DNA of 64,000 nt from Acidobacteriota bacterium (GTDB taxonomy: Bacteria; Acidobacteriota; UBA6911). Made by a program: the position numbers and the translations under genes. Shown here one piece after another: positions 61,147 to 64,000 of the stretch. The DNA lies in NCBI GenBank assembly GCA_963664705.1, contig OY761556.1:5504001-5568000 (forward strand), in the 5' to 3' direction. The notes beneath the pieces were generated by a model. That model was not told the DNA's origin and made no database searches. It saw only the letters and a program-made list of their open reading frames with translations. Numbering within the stretch: the stretch's first letter is position 1; every line of letters begins with the position of its first letter.

Positions 61147-63330
61147 TTGGCAAAAATGAGAATATTGATATTGCTTGCCGGGTGCGTCATTTTGTTTGGG
61201 ATTTCGGTGCGTGGGACGGAACAGCCTCGGTCTCCGCTGACTCTGGAGACAATTTTTGGCGGAGGTCTTTATGAGCCAGTTCCCGCCGAATTGCGCTGGT
61301 CTCCCGATGGATACCGGGTTGCCTATTTTCTTACCGATAGTGGTGAGGAACGATCGCTCTGGATCCTGGATGTTCGCACCGGAGAAAAATCCAGGGCGCT
61401 TTCATCCGAACAGATTCAGAAATTTCTTCCGGACGAAACCTCTCTCAGCGAGCGCGCACGCGCGGCCCGTAACCGGTATGGAACTCCCTCTTATTCCTGG
61501 GCTCCGGATGGGGCAAGACTTCTTCTGGCCGGCTCCGGACGATTGTTTGTCTACAATCTCGATGCCGGTTCCGTTGTACAACTGGCCCCGTCAAAATCCG
61601 ATGCTCTCGACGCGAAGTTTTCTCCCGACGGGAAGTGGGTCTCCTTTATCTGCAATCATGACATCTGGGTGGCTCCCGGTTCCGGCGGCGAAGGGAAGCA
61701 GTTGACCTTTGGCGGCAGCGATCTTCTTTTGCACGGTGTCCCGGATTGGGTTTATGAGGAAGAGTTCGATCTCCATTCGGCTTATGAGTGGGCGCCCGAT
61801 TCCCGGCACATCGGATTCCTGGAGCTCGATGAAACTCCTGTTCCGGCATATCCGCTTGTCGAACAGCTGAGCCTGCAGGCGACAGTCGAAATGCAGCGGT
61901 ATCCCAAAGCCGGTGACCCGAGTCCGAAGGCAAGGGTAGGCATCGTGGCTGTGGATACGGCACGCACCGTCTGGAGCGAGGGCGGAGCCGAGTATATCCC
62001 GCGCCTTCGCTGGGCAGACAGCCGGGGCCTGGTCCTGCAGCTGCTGAATCGCGCACAGAACCGCCTGGAGTTGATGGAAGTCGATGCTGAAAACGGACGC
62101 GGGCAGACGATCCTGATCGAGCAGGATCCCAATTGGCTGGATATTGGAGACACTCCGAAATTTTTGGCTGGAGGAAAAAGATTCCTGTGGTTGTCCAGCC
62201 GCACCGGTTACCAGCACCTTTACCTGTATGAGAGGAATGGCACCCTCCTACGCCCGATTACCAGGGGGGATTGGGTTGCATACGAAATAGCGGAAGTGGA
62301 TGAGGCCGGCGGCTGGATCTATTATGTCTCAAATCAGGCGGAAACGATCGGGCGGGATCTCTACCGCATTCGCCTGGATGGTTCCGGCGGCGAGCGCGTG
62401 TCGAAGCTGCCCGGAACGCACCAGGTCAACATGAATCCACAGGGCACTGCCTATGTTGATTCCTTTTCCTCCCTGGTGAGAAAGCAGGAAATCCACGTAT
62501 GCGATCTGGTTGCGCATCGTGAGAAGGAACTGTTTCTTCCGAAACCGCTGGATGCATTCGATCTCGTTCCCCCGGAGATTTCCGAACGGATTACGCCGGA
62601 TGGCGCTACCGTCCGGCTGCTGCTGTATAAGCCGAAAAACATGACTGCCGGCAGGAAGTATCCCGCGCTGGTCTATGTGTATGGCATGCCGGGTACTCCG
62701 ACCATCCAGGATGCATGGCCGGGGAATCGGGGGCTTTTCCACCAGTTTCTTGTTCAGCAGGGATTTGTTGTTGCCCAGATTGATGACCGGACCTCATCGA
62801 TTCCGGGACACAAATATGCGGTTGCGGGACATCACCGCGTCGGCCCGGTGGCCGCCGCGGATCATGCTTTTGCCGTACAATATCTCAAGTCTTTGCCATA
62901 CATCGATGGATCGGCCCTTGGCATCTGGGGATGGAGCGGTGGCGGTTTTACAACCGCGTACGATATGACCCACACGGACCTTTTCAAAGCCGGCGTTGCC
63001 GGTGCTCCCGTTACCGACTGGCGTCTCTATGATTCGGTATATACCGAGCGCTACATGGGACTGCCGTCCGAAGTTCCCGATGATTACAGCCGGACGTCCA
63101 CGGTAGCGGCTGCTGCGGAATTAAGGGGAAGGCTGTTGTTGATCTATGGAACGCTGGACGACAATGTACATCCGCAGAACACCGTTCAGCTTGCCAACGC
63201 CCTCATCCGGGCCAGGAAACAGTTCGATCTGATGGAATATCCCAACAAGACACACGGGATCACCGGGACGTCCGAAAACATTCACCTCTATACGATGATT
63301 TACGAATTTCTGGAGAGACATCTGCGGTAG
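61147..63330 (+). CDS. S9B dipeptidyl peptidase IV family protein
   Basis: DWVYEEE, GWSGGG, DDNVH, terminal His; signal peptide. Confidence 0.93.
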   Translation: MAKMRILILLAGCVILFGISVRGTEQPRSPLTLETIFGGGLYEPVPAELRWSPDGYRVAYFLTDSGEERSLWILDVRTGEKSRALSSEQIQKFLPDETSLSERARAARNRYGTPSYSWAPDGARLLLAGSGRLFVYNLDAGSVVQLAPSKSDALDAKFSPDGKWVSFICNHDIWVAPGSGGEGKQLTFGGSDLLLHGVPDWVYEEEFDLHSAYEWAPDSRHIGFLELDETPVPAYPLVEQLSLQATVEMQRYPKAGDPSPKARVGIVAVDTARTVWSEGGAEYIPRLRWADSRGLVLQLLNRAQNRLELMEVDAENGRGQTILIEQDPNWLDIGDTPKFLAGGKRFLWLSSRTGYQHLYLYERNGTLLRPITRGDWVAYEIAEVDEAGGWIYYVSNQAETIGRDLYRIRLDGSGGERVSKLPGTHQVNMNPQGTAYVDSFSSLVRKQEIHVCDLVAHREKELFLPKPLDAFDLVPPEISERITPDGATVRLLLYKPKNMTAGRKYPALVYVYGMPGTPTIQDAWPGNRGLFHQFLVQQGFVVAQIDDRTSSIPGHKYAVAGHHRVGPVAAADHAFAVQYLKSLPYIDGSALGIWGWSGGGFTTAYDMTHTDLFKAGVAGAPVTDWRLYDSVYTERYMGLPSEVPDDYSRTSTVAAAAELRGRLLLIYGTLDDNVHPQNTVQLANALIRARKQFDLMEYPNKTHGITGTSENIHLYTMIYEFLERHLR

Positions 63331-63388
63331 CCCGCAGAGGCGCATTTTAGTTGCCCGGTTTGCGTCAATGCGCGGTTCCCGATCTGTA

Positions 63389-63484
63389 AGGGCCGGAGGC
63401 CCGATAGCAAATAGCCAGGGATGAGCGCAACGAACCCCTGGAACTCGATTGCAGATTGAACGAGCCCCAGCGGGGCGAAAGAAA
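63389..63484. repeat. REP-like multi-hairpin element
   Basis: gggccggaggccc, ccagggatgagcgcaacgaacccctgg, gccccagcggggc. Confidence 0.6.
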
Positions 63485-63506
63485 GCACTTACGACCCTCC
63501 CGGTGA

Positions 63507-63872
63507 TTATTCTTCCGCGATGTAGGAAACGCTGTCTTTCCGGAGAAAGAGGCGTGGGCCGTGGGCGGAAAGCCCAAGGCTGAAGCAATGCCGATCGTAG
63601 TAGCGAACGCGCCCTTCCAATCGCTCGCCGGTTTTCAATACAACCGTTACCTTGGCTCGCGAGTCTACCAGGGATTTCAGATATTCCGATTCGGAACCGG
63701 TGTTTTCGAGATCGATCTGATTATGCATCCCCGGCTCGCGGTCTTCCTCTTCAAAGTAACTCTCTTGATGCCGGTTTCGATTGTGGTGAGGACTGAAATG
63801 GGGCGCCCTGTTACCGTCGTGGTCCCGGTTTCTGTCTCTGTTTTTGAATGGTTGTCGTCTGGAAAAATCCAT
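63507..63872 (-). CDS. Hfq/Sm-like RNA-binding protein with charged N-terminal extension
   Basis: YLKSLVDSRAKVTVVLKTGERLEGRVRYYDRHCFSL...LFLRKDSVSYI aligns with the Sm1/Sm2 pattern of Hfq. Confidence 0.7.
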   Translation of the reverse strand: MDFSRRQPFKNRDRNRDHDGNRAPHFSPHHNRNRHQESYFEEEDREPGMHNQIDLENTGSESEYLKSLVDSRAKVTVVLKTGERLEGRVRYYDRHCFSLGLSAHGPRLFLRKDSVSYIAEE

Positions 63873-64000
63873 ACTTGATTACCGTGCCTGGCTGTCTCCC
63901 GAAGCGATCGGTCTCGAAGGATTCGTGATCCACTCACTCCACGAGCCCGCATATAATCGGCCCAATCCCAATCCCGCATAGGCTATAGAAAATAGATTGT

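Overview
This is a gene-dense bacterial chromosomal segment of roughly mid-50s %GC. Its gene content (acidobacterial-type VWA protein, GAF/RomX-like protein, Hfq-like paralog) suggests Acidobacteriota, though this is inference only. It holds a type II secretion-like operon (gspE-F-G-H-I-J-K-L-M-C-D, minus strand) headed by an ECF sigma factor, a zinc anti-sigma factor and an exported protein. It also holds housekeeping genes (guaB, secA, gmhA, lepA, uvrB, aroA, nrdJ with tandem NrdR boxes, malQ, ilvE, msrB, csp) and several envelope or membrane-modification genes. The most striking signal is non-genic: a ~270-300 bp element with 29-bp subterminal inverted repeats, present once at 3778-4048 and as a 4-unit tandem array at 43947-45367. 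At both sites it lies just past the stop codon of an unrelated host gene and is flanked by a ~40-60 bp duplication of that gene's 3' end. Its interior carries complementary deletion remnants of a GxxExxY (PD-(D/E)XK nuclease) gene. This points to a GxxExxY-based mobile cassette and its non-autonomous miniature derivatives. Many other intergenic gaps carry short palindromes built from 7-9-mer microrepeats, which may be footprints of related cassettes. No rRNA, tRNA or CRISPR array was recognised. All family calls come from reading motifs by eye; no database search was run.
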